The notes: generated from the sequence alone by a model not told the origin. Counted from the stretch's first letter, positions 1 to 7,401 are shown. The stretch: 17,347 nt of DNA from Bdellovibrionia bacterium (GCA_045805065.1 JBJMMA010000210.1:1-17347), one strand, 5' to 3'. A program made the numbers and translations.

Positions 1-3000
1 AGTTCGTGTTCGCGGTCAGATAATTCAGGCCCGTTCCATCTGACTTCATTACCCAGATGTTGTACGAGCCTGCCGACGTTACGCCGACGTCCAGCTTCGA
101 AGCGAAAGCAATCATAGTACTATCTGGCGAAAAGACCGGATAGATACTATCGTTGGCTGTTCCAGTGTTGGTAGTCAGAGCGACCTGGTTTGCTCCGCTC
201 GAACTCATTTTCCAGATGTTATAGGAACTCGTCGTAATTCCGGAGATTCTCATAAGTGAGGAGAATACAATCTCAGATCCGTCAGGTGAAAAACTTGGAT
301 ACCTACTGTCCCGGACACCTGTACTGTTGGCGGTGAGACGCGTATTACCCGCGCCATTTGTCCCCATCGTCCATATGTTGATGTTGGAGTCGGACGTTCC
401 TGTTGTTGTGTATGCATGGGAGGCGTAAGCGAGCTTGGTGCCATCAGGCGAAACGGCGACATCGTAGCAATCAAAGCCTGCTGCCGTGTATGCAGTCAGC
501 GGGGTTCGGCCGGTGCCATCTGTATTGACCTTCCAGACGTTATAAGAACTGGTCGCGGTACCGTTGTCGGACCCATCCTGTGCGGTTTTGGAGACGAAAT
601 AGACCACTGAACTGTTTGAGCCAAAGACAGGCTGAATGCTGTCGCGGCTTGAAAGCGTGTTTGCGGTGAGGTGCGTAAGGCCCGAGCCATCGGCATTCAC
701 GATCCAGATATTATAAGAACCTGTAGCCGTGCCATCGGCTGCTCCGCTCAACGCCATTTTCGACGCAAAAACAATCTTAGTCCCATCCGGGGAGAATCTT
801 GGCGATTCATCACCTGTAACAGGAAATGCCGAAGTCCCATCAGATACTGGAGAGGTACTATTCAAACCGGCTAATGTATTCGAGGTTGGATGGATCGCGC
901 TCGTGCCATCGGAAAGCATGTTCCAGAGATTAAATGAACTTGTCGCCGTTCCGTTCGTATTGCCATTGAGCGCACGTTTGGAGTGGTAAGCGATGTGTGT
1001 TCCATCCAGAGAAAAATTCGGAGTTTCACTGGTCAGCCCGGTCGACGTGTTTTGGGTCAATGCAACTTTGTCGACTCCGTCAACAGTCACCGTCCAAATG
1101 TTGCTTGAGCCTGTGGCTGTTCCGTTTGTCGCTCCGTTCAGCGGAATTTTGCTGTAGAAAACGATTTTCGGGAGATTTTTAACCCTGATATTGACGACCG
1201 CGGATGCAGATCCAAAGATGTTGGAAGCCGTGATCGTAAAATTAGTAGCCGCAGAGACGACAGTAGGGGTTCCGCTGATCACGCAGCTTGAAGACAAGCT
1301 CAGGCCCCCTGGCAAGGCAGGAGTGGAAGTACACGAAGTGATGGCGCCACCGCTGTTGGCAGGAGCGATGTTGGTGATGGTCGTTCTCAGAGTTTCTACG
1401 TATGAAGATGGCGTAAAACCAATCGAAGGGGCCGAATCATCAACCTTGATGCTGATCGTATAACTCGAAGAGCCCTGGACGTTAGTTCCGGTAATCGTAT
1501 AGTTCGTTGCGGAGCTTGCAACCGTCGGAGTGCCGGTAATGATGCAATCAGCGGATAATGAAAGGCCTGCAGGAAGACCTGGGCTTGAAGAACAAGAGGT
1601 GATAGCGCCACCTGTGTTTGTCGGATTGACAGTTCCGATGGAAGTGTTTTTGACAAATGCATAAGGGGTTCCTGAGTAGCTCAATACTGGAGGCCCTGGA
1701 TTAACCGTGATCGAAATGGTTTTTGAAGCGGTTCCACCGCTATTGGATGCCGTAATCGTATAGTTTGTCGCAGCGACGGTAACGGTTGAGGCACCCGACA
1801 GCACGCAGGTGCTGGAAAGACTAAGGCCATTTGGAAGTGTTGGGCTTGAAGAGCAGCTCGTAATCGCGCCACCTGTGTTTGTCGGATTGAGGGTGGTGAT
1901 TGCTACACCTTGAGTATAGGTAAAGGGGCTGCCCGTGTAGTTCAGCGTTGGGGCAACGTCTTTGATCTGAAGGTTAATGGTCGTCGAAACTGATCCGCCT
2001 GTGTTGACTGCCGTAATCGTATAATTTGTTGCGGCCGTTACGACTGTCGGAGTACCAGAAATCACGCAAGTATTGGAAAGGCTCACTCCTCCGGGCAATC
2101 CAGGGGATGCCGAGCAAGAGGTGATCGTGCCTCCGCTTGAGGTCGGGGTAAGTGTCGTCAGCGCCGTGTTTACTGTCGTTGAGAACGGCCCGCCACTGTA
2201 GCTGAAGATAGGGGCAGTATCGTTAACCGTAATGGTGATGGTAGCAGAAGAGCTTCCACCGGTGTTTGAGGCCGTAATGCTGTAAGTCGTGGACCCTTGA
2301 ACGCCTGAAGGCGTACCAGAGATCGTGCAGGTGGTTGAATTAATGCTTAGGCCTGCTGGTAGTGCAGGGCTTGCGGTACAGCTTGTGATGGTTCCACCAT
2401 TATTGTTAGGGGTGAGCGGGGAGATCGCCGATCCCTTGGTGTAGGTAAAACTGTAGCTCGTTGGAATATAATCAATGGCTGGTGCGACATCTTTCACGGT
2501 GATGTTGATCGTAGCGGCGGAGCTTCCGTTCGCATTGGTTGCAGTGATCGTATAGTCCAAGGCAGCTTTCACAGCCGTAGGGGTGCCGCTCAGCACGCAT
2601 GTTGACGATAGAGTGAGCCCTGCTGGAAGAGTATTGTCCGAGGAACAAGAGTTGATCGCGCCACCGGAGTTGGATGGCGTAAGAGTTGTGATTGCGCTTC
2701 CCTTTGTATAGACAAACGGGCTTCCAGTATAAGAAATGATCGGCGCAAGCGATGTGACCGAGATATTGATCGTCGCGTTGGATGATCCGCCCGAGTTGGA
2801 GCCGGTAATTGTATAATTTGTTGCCGCGCTTAATGCAGTAGGCGTCCCTGTGAGCACGCATGTGTTTGAGAGACTTAAACCTGTAGGAAGCGTTGGGCTT
2901 ACCGTGCATGAAGTCAGCGCCCCGCCTGTAACGGTTGGGCTCAAAGCAGAGATAGCGCTTCCCTTGGTGTAGTTAAAAGGTGAGCCTGCGTAGCTGATCG

Positions 3001-5026
3001 TAGGCGCAACATCATTCACTGTGATGTTGATCGAAGTCGTGGCGGTGCCACCTGAGTTTGTGCCGCTGATCGTGTAGTTTGTTGCTGCGACAGGAACCGT
3101 CGGAGTCCCTGTGATCTGGCAGTCGTTTGCGAGACTCAAGCCGGCAGGCAATGTGGGTGACGAAGAGCATGAGACGATGGCTCCGCCTGTATTAGTTGGC
3201 GTCAGGGTCGAGATGGGAGTGCCATTCGTGTAAACATAGGGGCCCCCACTGTAGCTGAAGCTTGGAAGGACATCTTTTACAGTGATGTTCACAAGCGCGG
3301 TAGATGATCCTGCGGCGTTAGTTGCTGTGACTGTATAGTTTGTCGCGGTCGCAACAGACGTAGGCGTGCCGCTGATCACGCAGGTGCTTGAAATGCTCAG
3401 TCCCGCAGGAAGAGTCGGGCTGGATGTACAGCTTGTTGGAGTTCCGCCCGCGTTCGCTGGCGTTGCATTCGTGATCAAAGTTCCCTTCGTGTAAGTGTAA
3501 GGGCTTCCCGTATAAGTAATGCTAGGCGCGACGGTTTGCACCGTTATGCTGATCGTGGCTGTACGCGATCCACCGGAGTTGGATGCGGTGATCGTATACG
3601 TTTTGGCGGTCTGTGCGGTTGTTGGCGTACCTGAGATCGCGCACGTCGTGTTCGAAATGGATAATCCCGTAGGCAGAGTCGGGCTAGCCGAGCAGGAAGT
3701 GATCGGGCCACCTGTATTGGTAGGTGTCTGCGTGGTGATCGGAAATTCTGCATTAAAAGTATAAGGTGAGCCGGTGTAGCTGATGTTGGGCGGAACATCG
3801 ACTACATCGATGATTAAAGTGGTGCTCGAGCTTCCGGCGGCATTTACCGCCGTAATATTTCCGGTCCAACCCGTGGTCAAAGTGGTCGGCGTTCCTGTGA
3901 TGTTGCAGCTTGTGCTGATGCTCAGGCCAGTTGGAAGACTCGTGTCAGGTGTGCAGGTATCTGGCACTCCGCCCGTGTTGGTCACATTGATCGTCGAGGC
4001 CTGTCCTTTGGTGATCGACCTGTGATTAGGAACATACGAGATGTTTGGCTGAGGTTCCTGAACATCGATGTTGATAACGGTTGAATTGGTTCCGCCAGAG
4101 TTAGTCGCCGTAATGGTATATGGCGTTGAAGCTTGAGTCGCGGTGGGGGTGCCGGTGATCTGACAGGTGCTTGAAAGCGTAAGTCCGGCTGGTAATGATG
4201 GAGCTGAGGAGCAGGAGACAACGGCGCCACCGGTGCTGCTTGGAGCCCAGGCGGTCATCGCTTGTCCGCGTTTCAGCGAATTTCCGGATGGAGAGTAGTT
4301 AATGATTGGCGCAATGTCTTTGACAGTGAAATTGAAGACCAGGCTTGAGCTTCCACCACTGTTGCTAGCCGTGATCGTATAGTCTTTTGCTGACGCAACA
4401 GCTGTAGGAGTGCCTGAGATCTTATTACATTGAGCGTTGACTGCGAGCCCCGCAGGCAGTGCTGGGCTTGCGTTACAGGTGGTTACGGGTCCGCCTGACA
4501 GAGTCAGGTTGATATCACTGATCGCAGAGCCGTCCTTCACGAAAACGAGTGTTTTCGTGCCCCCGTACGTCATAACGGGAGGTTGATCTGTAATCGCTAG
4601 ATTAAGTGTGACGAAACTTGTGCCTTGAGCATTGGTGGCGCGAACCGTGTAGGCTTGCGCCGGCGTGATGGTTGTAGGTGTTCCGCTGATCGTCCCGTTT
4701 GTCGCGTTGAACACCAGGCCTGTTGGAAGCGCTGGAGAAATGGTTGCAGACGTAATCGTTCCCGTGCTGTTTAGAACGTTTGGAGAGATTGCGCTGTTGT
4801 AAGGATAGTACGCGGGATTTCGTGAATAATTAATCGTTCCAGGCGCAAGTTTGCCTGGATCTGTGTTGTCGGAAGTTGAAGCTGGACCGCCTGCCACGTT
4901 ACACGACGACAACGCTGCAGCAGCGATGAGGACGTTTAGGCAAAGCGACGCCCTTCGAAGCCAGCGATTGAGACAGCTCGAAATCTTCCCCGAATTCATC
5001 TGCGGAAAGGTCGTTACGTACTGCAT
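1..5026 (-). CDS. Giant surface lipoprotein/putative adhesin, 3'-truncated by the window edge: lipoprotein signal, 14 He_PIG-like Ig repeats, TolB/PD40-like beta-propeller; >1675 aa
   Basis: Manual translation from ATG 5026 (SD-like AGGTAGGA upstream) gives MQYVTTFPQMNSGKISSCLNRWLRRASLCLNVLIAAAALSSC (lipobox LSSC, Cys codon 4903-4901). The same frame reads sensibly where checked at 4700, 3900, 2600, 1150, 900, 250 and 2. The ORF track lists no closed ORF from this start, consistent with no internal stop. Alternative start Met10 at 4999. Confidence 0.93.
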   Translation of the reverse strand, partial: MQYVTTFPQMNSGKISSCLNRWLRRASLCLNVLIAAAALSSCNVAGGPASTSDNTDPGKLAPGTINYSRNPAYYPYNSAISPNVLNSTGTITSATISPALPTGLVFNATNGTISGTPTTITPAQAYTVRATNAQGTSFVTLNLAITDQPPVMTYGGTKTLVFVKDGSAISDINLTLSGGPVTTCNASPALPAGLAVNAQCNKISGTPTAVASAKDYTITASNSGGSSSLVFNFTVKDIAPIINYSPSGNSLKRGQAMTAWAPSSTGGAVVSCSSAPSLPAGLTLSSTCQITGTPTATQASTPYTITATNSGGTNSTVINIDVQEPQPNISYVPNHRSITKGQASTINVTNTGGVPDTCTPDTSLPTGLSISTSCNITGTPTTLTTGWTGNITAVNAAGSSSTTLIIDVVDVPPNISYTGSPYTFNAEFPITTQTPTNTGGPITSCSASPTLPTGLSISNTTCAISGTPTTAQTAKTYTITASNSGGSRTATISITVQTVAPSITYTGSPYTYTKGTLITNATPANAGGTPTSCTSSPTLPAGLSISSTCVISGTPTSVATATNYTVTATNAAGSSTALVNITVKDVLPSFSYSGGPYVYTNGTPISTLTPTNTGGAIVSCSSSPTLPAGLSLANDCQITGTPTVPVAATNYTISGTNSGGTATTSINITVNDVAPTISYAGSPFNYTKGSAISALSPTVTGGALTSCTVSPTLPTGLSLSNTCVLTGTPTALSAATNYTITGSNSGGSSNATINISVTSLAPIISYTGSPFVYTKGSAITTLTPSNSGGAINSCSSDNTLPAGLTLSSTCVLSGTPTAVKAALDYTITATNANGSSAATINITVKDVAPAIDYIPTSYSFTYTKGSAISPLTPNNNGGTITSCTASPALPAGLSINSTTCTISGTPSGVQGSTTYSITASNTGGSSSATITITVNDTAPIFSYSGGPFSTTVNTALTTLTPTSSGGTITSCSASPGLPGGVSLSNTCVISGTPTVVTAATNYTITAVNTGGSVSTTINLQIKDVAPTLNYTGSPFTYTQGVAITTLNPTNTGGAITSCSSSPTLPNGLSLSSTCVLSGASTVTVAATNYTITASNSGGTASKTISITVNPGPPVLSYSGTPYAFVKNTSIGTVNPTNTGGAITSCSSSPGLPAGLSLSADCIITGTPTVASSATNYTITGTNVQGSSSYTISIKVDDSAPSIGFTPSSYVETLRTTITNIAPANSGGAITSCTSTPALPGGLSLSSSCVISGTPTVVSAATNFTITASNIFGSASAVVNIRVKNLPKIVFYSKIPLNGATNGTATGSSNIWTVTVDGVDKVALTQNTSTGLTSETPNFSLDGTHIAYHSKRALNGNTNGTATSSFNLWNMLSDGTSAIHPTSNTLAGLNSTSPVSDGTSAFPVTGDESPRFSPDGTKIVFASKMALSGAADGTATGSYNIWIVNADGSGLTHLTANTLSSRDSIQPVFGSNSSVVYFVSKTAQDGSDNGTATSSYNVWKVNTDGTGRTPLTAYTAAGFDCYDVAVSPDGTKLAYASHAYTTTGTSDSNINIWTMGTNGAGNTRLTANSTGVRDSRYPSFSPDGSEIVFSSLMRISGITTSSYNIWKMSSSGANQVALTTNTGTANDSIYPVFSPDSTMIAFASKLDVGVTSAGSYNIWVMKSDGTGLNYLTANTN
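2..1165 (-). repeat. Seven TolB/PD40-like beta-propeller blade repeats within the giant CDS
   Basis: Recurring P.FSPDG..I.F.S ... N(I/L/V)W....DG.....LT.N motif. Seven cores: SSNIW, SFNLW, SYNIW, SYNVW, NINIW, SYNIW, SYNIW. Confidence 0.85.
1175..4845 (-). repeat. 14 tandem ~87-aa (~260 nt) putative Ig (He_PIG/cadherin-like) repeats within the giant CDS
   Basis: Consensus P.ISY.GSP..YT.G..I..L.PTNTGGAITSC.SSP.LP.GLSLSSTC.ISGTPT......YTITA.N.GGS....I.I.V.D. LPxG(L/V) cores near 4720, 4450, 4190, 3930, 3670, 3405, 3145, 2885, 2620, 2355, 2090, 1830, 1570 and 1310. Boundaries approximate. Confidence 0.9.
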
Positions 5027-5052
5027 TTTCCTACCTGAGTGAATTCCTCCCT

Positions 5053-5088
5053 ATTTTACCATGTCGGCATAACTACGGGTAAACTCGA
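5053..5088 (-). promoter_or_regulatory. Candidate promoter of the giant gene: sigma28/FliA-like element overlapping an extended -10
   Basis: Minus strand reads TCGAGTTT-N12-GCCGACAT (cf. TAAAGTTT-N11-GCCGATAA), overlapping TGgTAAAAT. Motif match only. Confidence 0.4.
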
Positions 5089-5162
5089 GGAATTCGTGAA
5101 AAAGTCGTCAAAAACAGGTCACCGGAGACACAGTCAGAGGATTGACTGTGCTTTTTAAACGG

Positions 5163-5178
5163 AGGCGCAGCCTTTGCA
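5163..5178 (+). promoter_or_regulatory. sigma54-like -24/-12 promoter
   Basis: AGGCGCAGCCTTTGCA: GG(5164-65)-N10-GC(5176-77) with TTGCA; ATG follows at 5193. Confidence 0.55.
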
Positions 5179-5192
5179 GAAGCTCTAACTCT

Positions 5193-5354
5193 ATGCAAGC
5201 CTTAGCTAACTTTACCGTGGTCATCTATGTGTTGGCATTTCTGCTCGTGGTGGTCGGAGTAGCCGCCTGGTGGACCCGTCGGCCAAGAAAGAATACAACT
5301 CCCGGCGAACCTCCTACACGTTATGTCGATGATAATCAGGACCGAATCGCCTAG
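5193..5354 (+). CDS. Small single-pass membrane protein (53 aa)
   Basis: MQALANFTVVIYVLAFLLVVVGVAAWWTRRPRK...: one hydrophobic helix followed by WW and a basic cluster. ATG 5193 preferred to TTG 5142 because the sigma54-like motif lies between them. Confidence 0.65.
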   Translation: MQALANFTVVIYVLAFLLVVVGVAAWWTRRPRKNTTPGEPPTRYVDDNQDRIA

Positions 5355-5387
5355 CCGATTGGCCGCTCCCTCGTGTACAAACGAGGT

Positions 5388-5831
5388 ATGGTGAGCATCA
5401 AGGTCATCAAATACGGATCGAGTGAGTATTTAGCTGAGGTTGAACTCAGATCAAAAGTCCTGCGCGAACCGCTTGGCCGTACGTTTACGGAAGACGAGCT
5501 TGAGCAAGACATTGGAGATACCCACATTGCGGCGCTCTCAGACGACGGGATGATTGGCTGTCTTGTATTAAAGCCTCAATCTTCGACTACCGTGAAAATG
5601 CGACAAGTGGCGGTTGATCCAAGCCAGCAAGGAAAGGGCATCGGAAGGATGCTCGTGGCTTACGGGGAGACGGTCGCAAAGGCCGCGGGCTTTCAGGAAA
5701 TCGTCCTCAATGCTCGTGAGAGCGTTATCCCTTTCTACTTATCCCTGGGCTATGAAACCGTCGGCGAGCGCTTTGAAGAAGTCGGCATCCCACATTTCAA
5801 GATGAGAAGAGATATCTCGAAGGAACTCTAA
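5388..5831 (+). CDS. GNAT family N-acetyltransferase (ElaA/YjcF-like)
   Basis: MRQVAV..SQQGKGIGRML acetyl-CoA motif, LNARE, FY..LGY, F.EVGIPHFKM. Start uncertain (5373/5388/5391). Confidence 0.9.
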   Translation: MVSIKVIKYGSSEYLAEVELRSKVLREPLGRTFTEDELEQDIGDTHIAALSDDGMIGCLVLKPQSSTTVKMRQVAVDPSQQGKGIGRMLVAYGETVAKAAGFQEIVLNARESVIPFYLSLGYETVGERFEEVGIPHFKMRRDISKEL

Positions 5832-6647
5832 ATGTCTTTCTACAGCGGAAAAACAGTCTTAATTACTGGAGCGTCCTCGGGAATCGGCGAAGCGCTTGCT
5901 CTTGGGCTTGCAGGTCAGGGTGCAAATCTGTCTTTACTTGCACGCAGGACGGATCGCCTTCAGGCCGTTGCAAAAGAATGTGAAAAACGCGGCGTGCGCG
6001 CGATCACCCTTGAGTGTGACGTCACGAAGGACGGCGATCTTGAGAGAGCAGTGCAAGCCACGCGTGATGCTTTCGGAAAAATCGATGTGGTCATTGCCAA
6101 TGCGGGCTTTGGCGTTGCCGGAAGCTTTACAAAGCTTAATGTCGAGGACTATCGGCGACAGTTTGAGACCAATGTTTTTGGTTTGCTTCGAACGGTTTAT
6201 GCAACGATCGATGATCTGAAAAAGAGCCGCGGTAATCTCGTTTTGCTAGGAAGTGTCGCAGGACACGTGGCCCTTCCCGGAAGCTCGCCTTACTCAATGA
6301 GCAAGTTTGCAGTGCGAGCGCTCGGAAACGCCTTGGTCGATGAGTTTAAGCCGATGGGAGTGACGGTCACTCTTGTAAGCCCGGGCTTTGTGGATAGCGA
6401 GATCCGCAAAGTGGATAACGAAGGCTCTCTTCATGCACAGGCGCATGATCCTATTCCGGCCTGGATCCGAGTCCCCACTCCAAAGGCTGCGCGCGAAATT
6501 CTTAAAGCTGCAGCTCGCGGGCAATCGGAGCGCATCATTACAGGACATGGGAAGGTCATTGTCATGATCAACCGCTTTGCTCCTTGGATCATTGAGCTTG
6601 TAAAGCGCCAGGGAATCAAAGCTCGACCAGAGCCTAAAAAAGCATAA
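5832..6647 (+). CDS. Classical short-chain dehydrogenase/reductase (SDR)
   Basis: TGASSGIG, NAG, catalytic YSMSK and PGFV motifs. ATG immediately follows the GNAT stop codon. Confidence 0.95.
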   Translation: MSFYSGKTVLITGASSGIGEALALGLAGQGANLSLLARRTDRLQAVAKECEKRGVRAITLECDVTKDGDLERAVQATRDAFGKIDVVIANAGFGVAGSFTKLNVEDYRRQFETNVFGLLRTVYATIDDLKKSRGNLVLLGSVAGHVALPGSSPYSMSKFAVRALGNALVDEFKPMGVTVTLVSPGFVDSEIRKVDNEGSLHAQAHDPIPAWIRVPTPKAAREILKAAARGQSERIITGHGKVIVMINRFAPWIIELVKRQGIKARPEPKKA

Positions 6648-6769
6648 CTGCATAATAAAGAGACATGTGTTTATGGGGCTCTTAGATCCCCAGGGTTTTC
6701 GAAGTTAAATGGCCGAAAATTAGCGCCTGATCTTAAGCGCTTACATTCCATATCCTGTGTCATATTTGA

Positions 6770-6785
6770 CGGCACAAGCTCTGCA
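6770..6785 (+). promoter_or_regulatory. sigma54-like -24/-12 promoter
   Basis: CGGCACAAGCTCTGCA: GGCAC-N5-CTGCA with GG-N10-GC spacing; GAGAGG SD and ATG 6812 downstream. Confidence 0.65.
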
Positions 6786-6811
6786 ACCTTACGCATCAAG
6801 AGAGGTAAGAT

Positions 6812-7237
6812 ATGAAAATGCGTTCAAAATTGGCTCTTTGTTTTGGTTTGAGTTTGTCGATTGTAAATGTCTCAAATGCGCAGGTGGTGAATTATTACGC
6901 AAATGATGGCCGTCCCTGGGCGCATTCTTTTATTGCTTCCGTTGGTTGTCCTGGATCTTTTGTTGTCGCGCCAGCTATCGCTGGTGTCTTGGGACTCTTT
7001 GGTACAGTGAGTGCTGCAGCTGATGCAGTTTATTATAAAAAGGGAGATCCTCAGCGCTTCGAAGGGGCAAAGAAAGAATTTAAGATGATTCCAGGAGCCG
7101 TCAAGGGCACCTTCGAAGTCCTATGCACTTACAATCTTAAGCAGATCAGCGATCTAAAAGACAAGGCCAGCCAGGACAATAAGTCTCAGTCTGAAAGCGA
7201 CTCTTCGATGGAACCTACCTTTCACAAAGCAATTTAA
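6812..7237 (+). CDS. Hypothetical secreted protein with a Gly/Ala-rich hydrophobic segment
   Basis: SD GAGAGG; Sec-like signal MKMRSKLALCFGLSLSIVNVSNA; internal FVVAPAIAGVLGLFGTVSAAA; Ser/acidic tail. Confidence 0.75.
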   Translation: MKMRSKLALCFGLSLSIVNVSNAQVVNYYANDGRPWAHSFIASVGCPGSFVVAPAIAGVLGLFGTVSAAADAVYYKKGDPQRFEGAKKEFKMIPGAVKGTFEVLCTYNLKQISDLKDKASQDNKSQSESDSSMEPTFHKAI

Positions 7238-7353
7238 AGAAGGCGGTACCTGGATTTCATCCTTCTGTCATAAAGAAGTTGTAAACGATGACAGCTGTCT
7301 AAAGTTTGAACAGTTGTCATCGCGTGATCTCTCAATAAAGCGCACAACATCGA

Positions 7354-7369
7354 TGGCACGGAACCTGTA
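7354..7369 (+). promoter_or_regulatory. sigma54-like -24/-12 promoter with variant -12
   Basis: TGGCACGGAACCTGTA: perfect TGGCACG -24 box, but -12 reads CTGTA instead of TTGCA. Confidence 0.55.
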
Positions 7370-7401
7370 TTGCGTGCCCGCGAGTTTGGAGTTGTGCGCT
7401 T

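Noticed and set aside
1175..4845. ~260-nt periodicity as a possible CRISPR array or DGR template/variable repeats
   Set aside because: The repeats are protein-coding and synonymously diverged, with no constant repeat-spacer pattern, no evident adenine-specific mismatch pair and no cas or reverse transcriptase gene in the window.
4940..4966. RWLRRASL as a twin-arginine (Tat) signal
   Set aside because: Poor match to S/T-R-R-x-F-L-K; a Sec lipoprotein signal explains it adequately.
250..5042. Many short ORFs (60-145 aa) on both strands in the first 5 kb, including repetitive Val/Pro-rich plus-strand ORFs
   Set aside because: They are antisense or off-frame shadows of the giant minus-strand gene, and their periodicity mirrors its repeats.
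6674..6699. TGGGG...CCCCA hairpin after the SDR gene as a terminator
   Set aside because: Short interrupted stem with the T-run separated from it; too weak to call.
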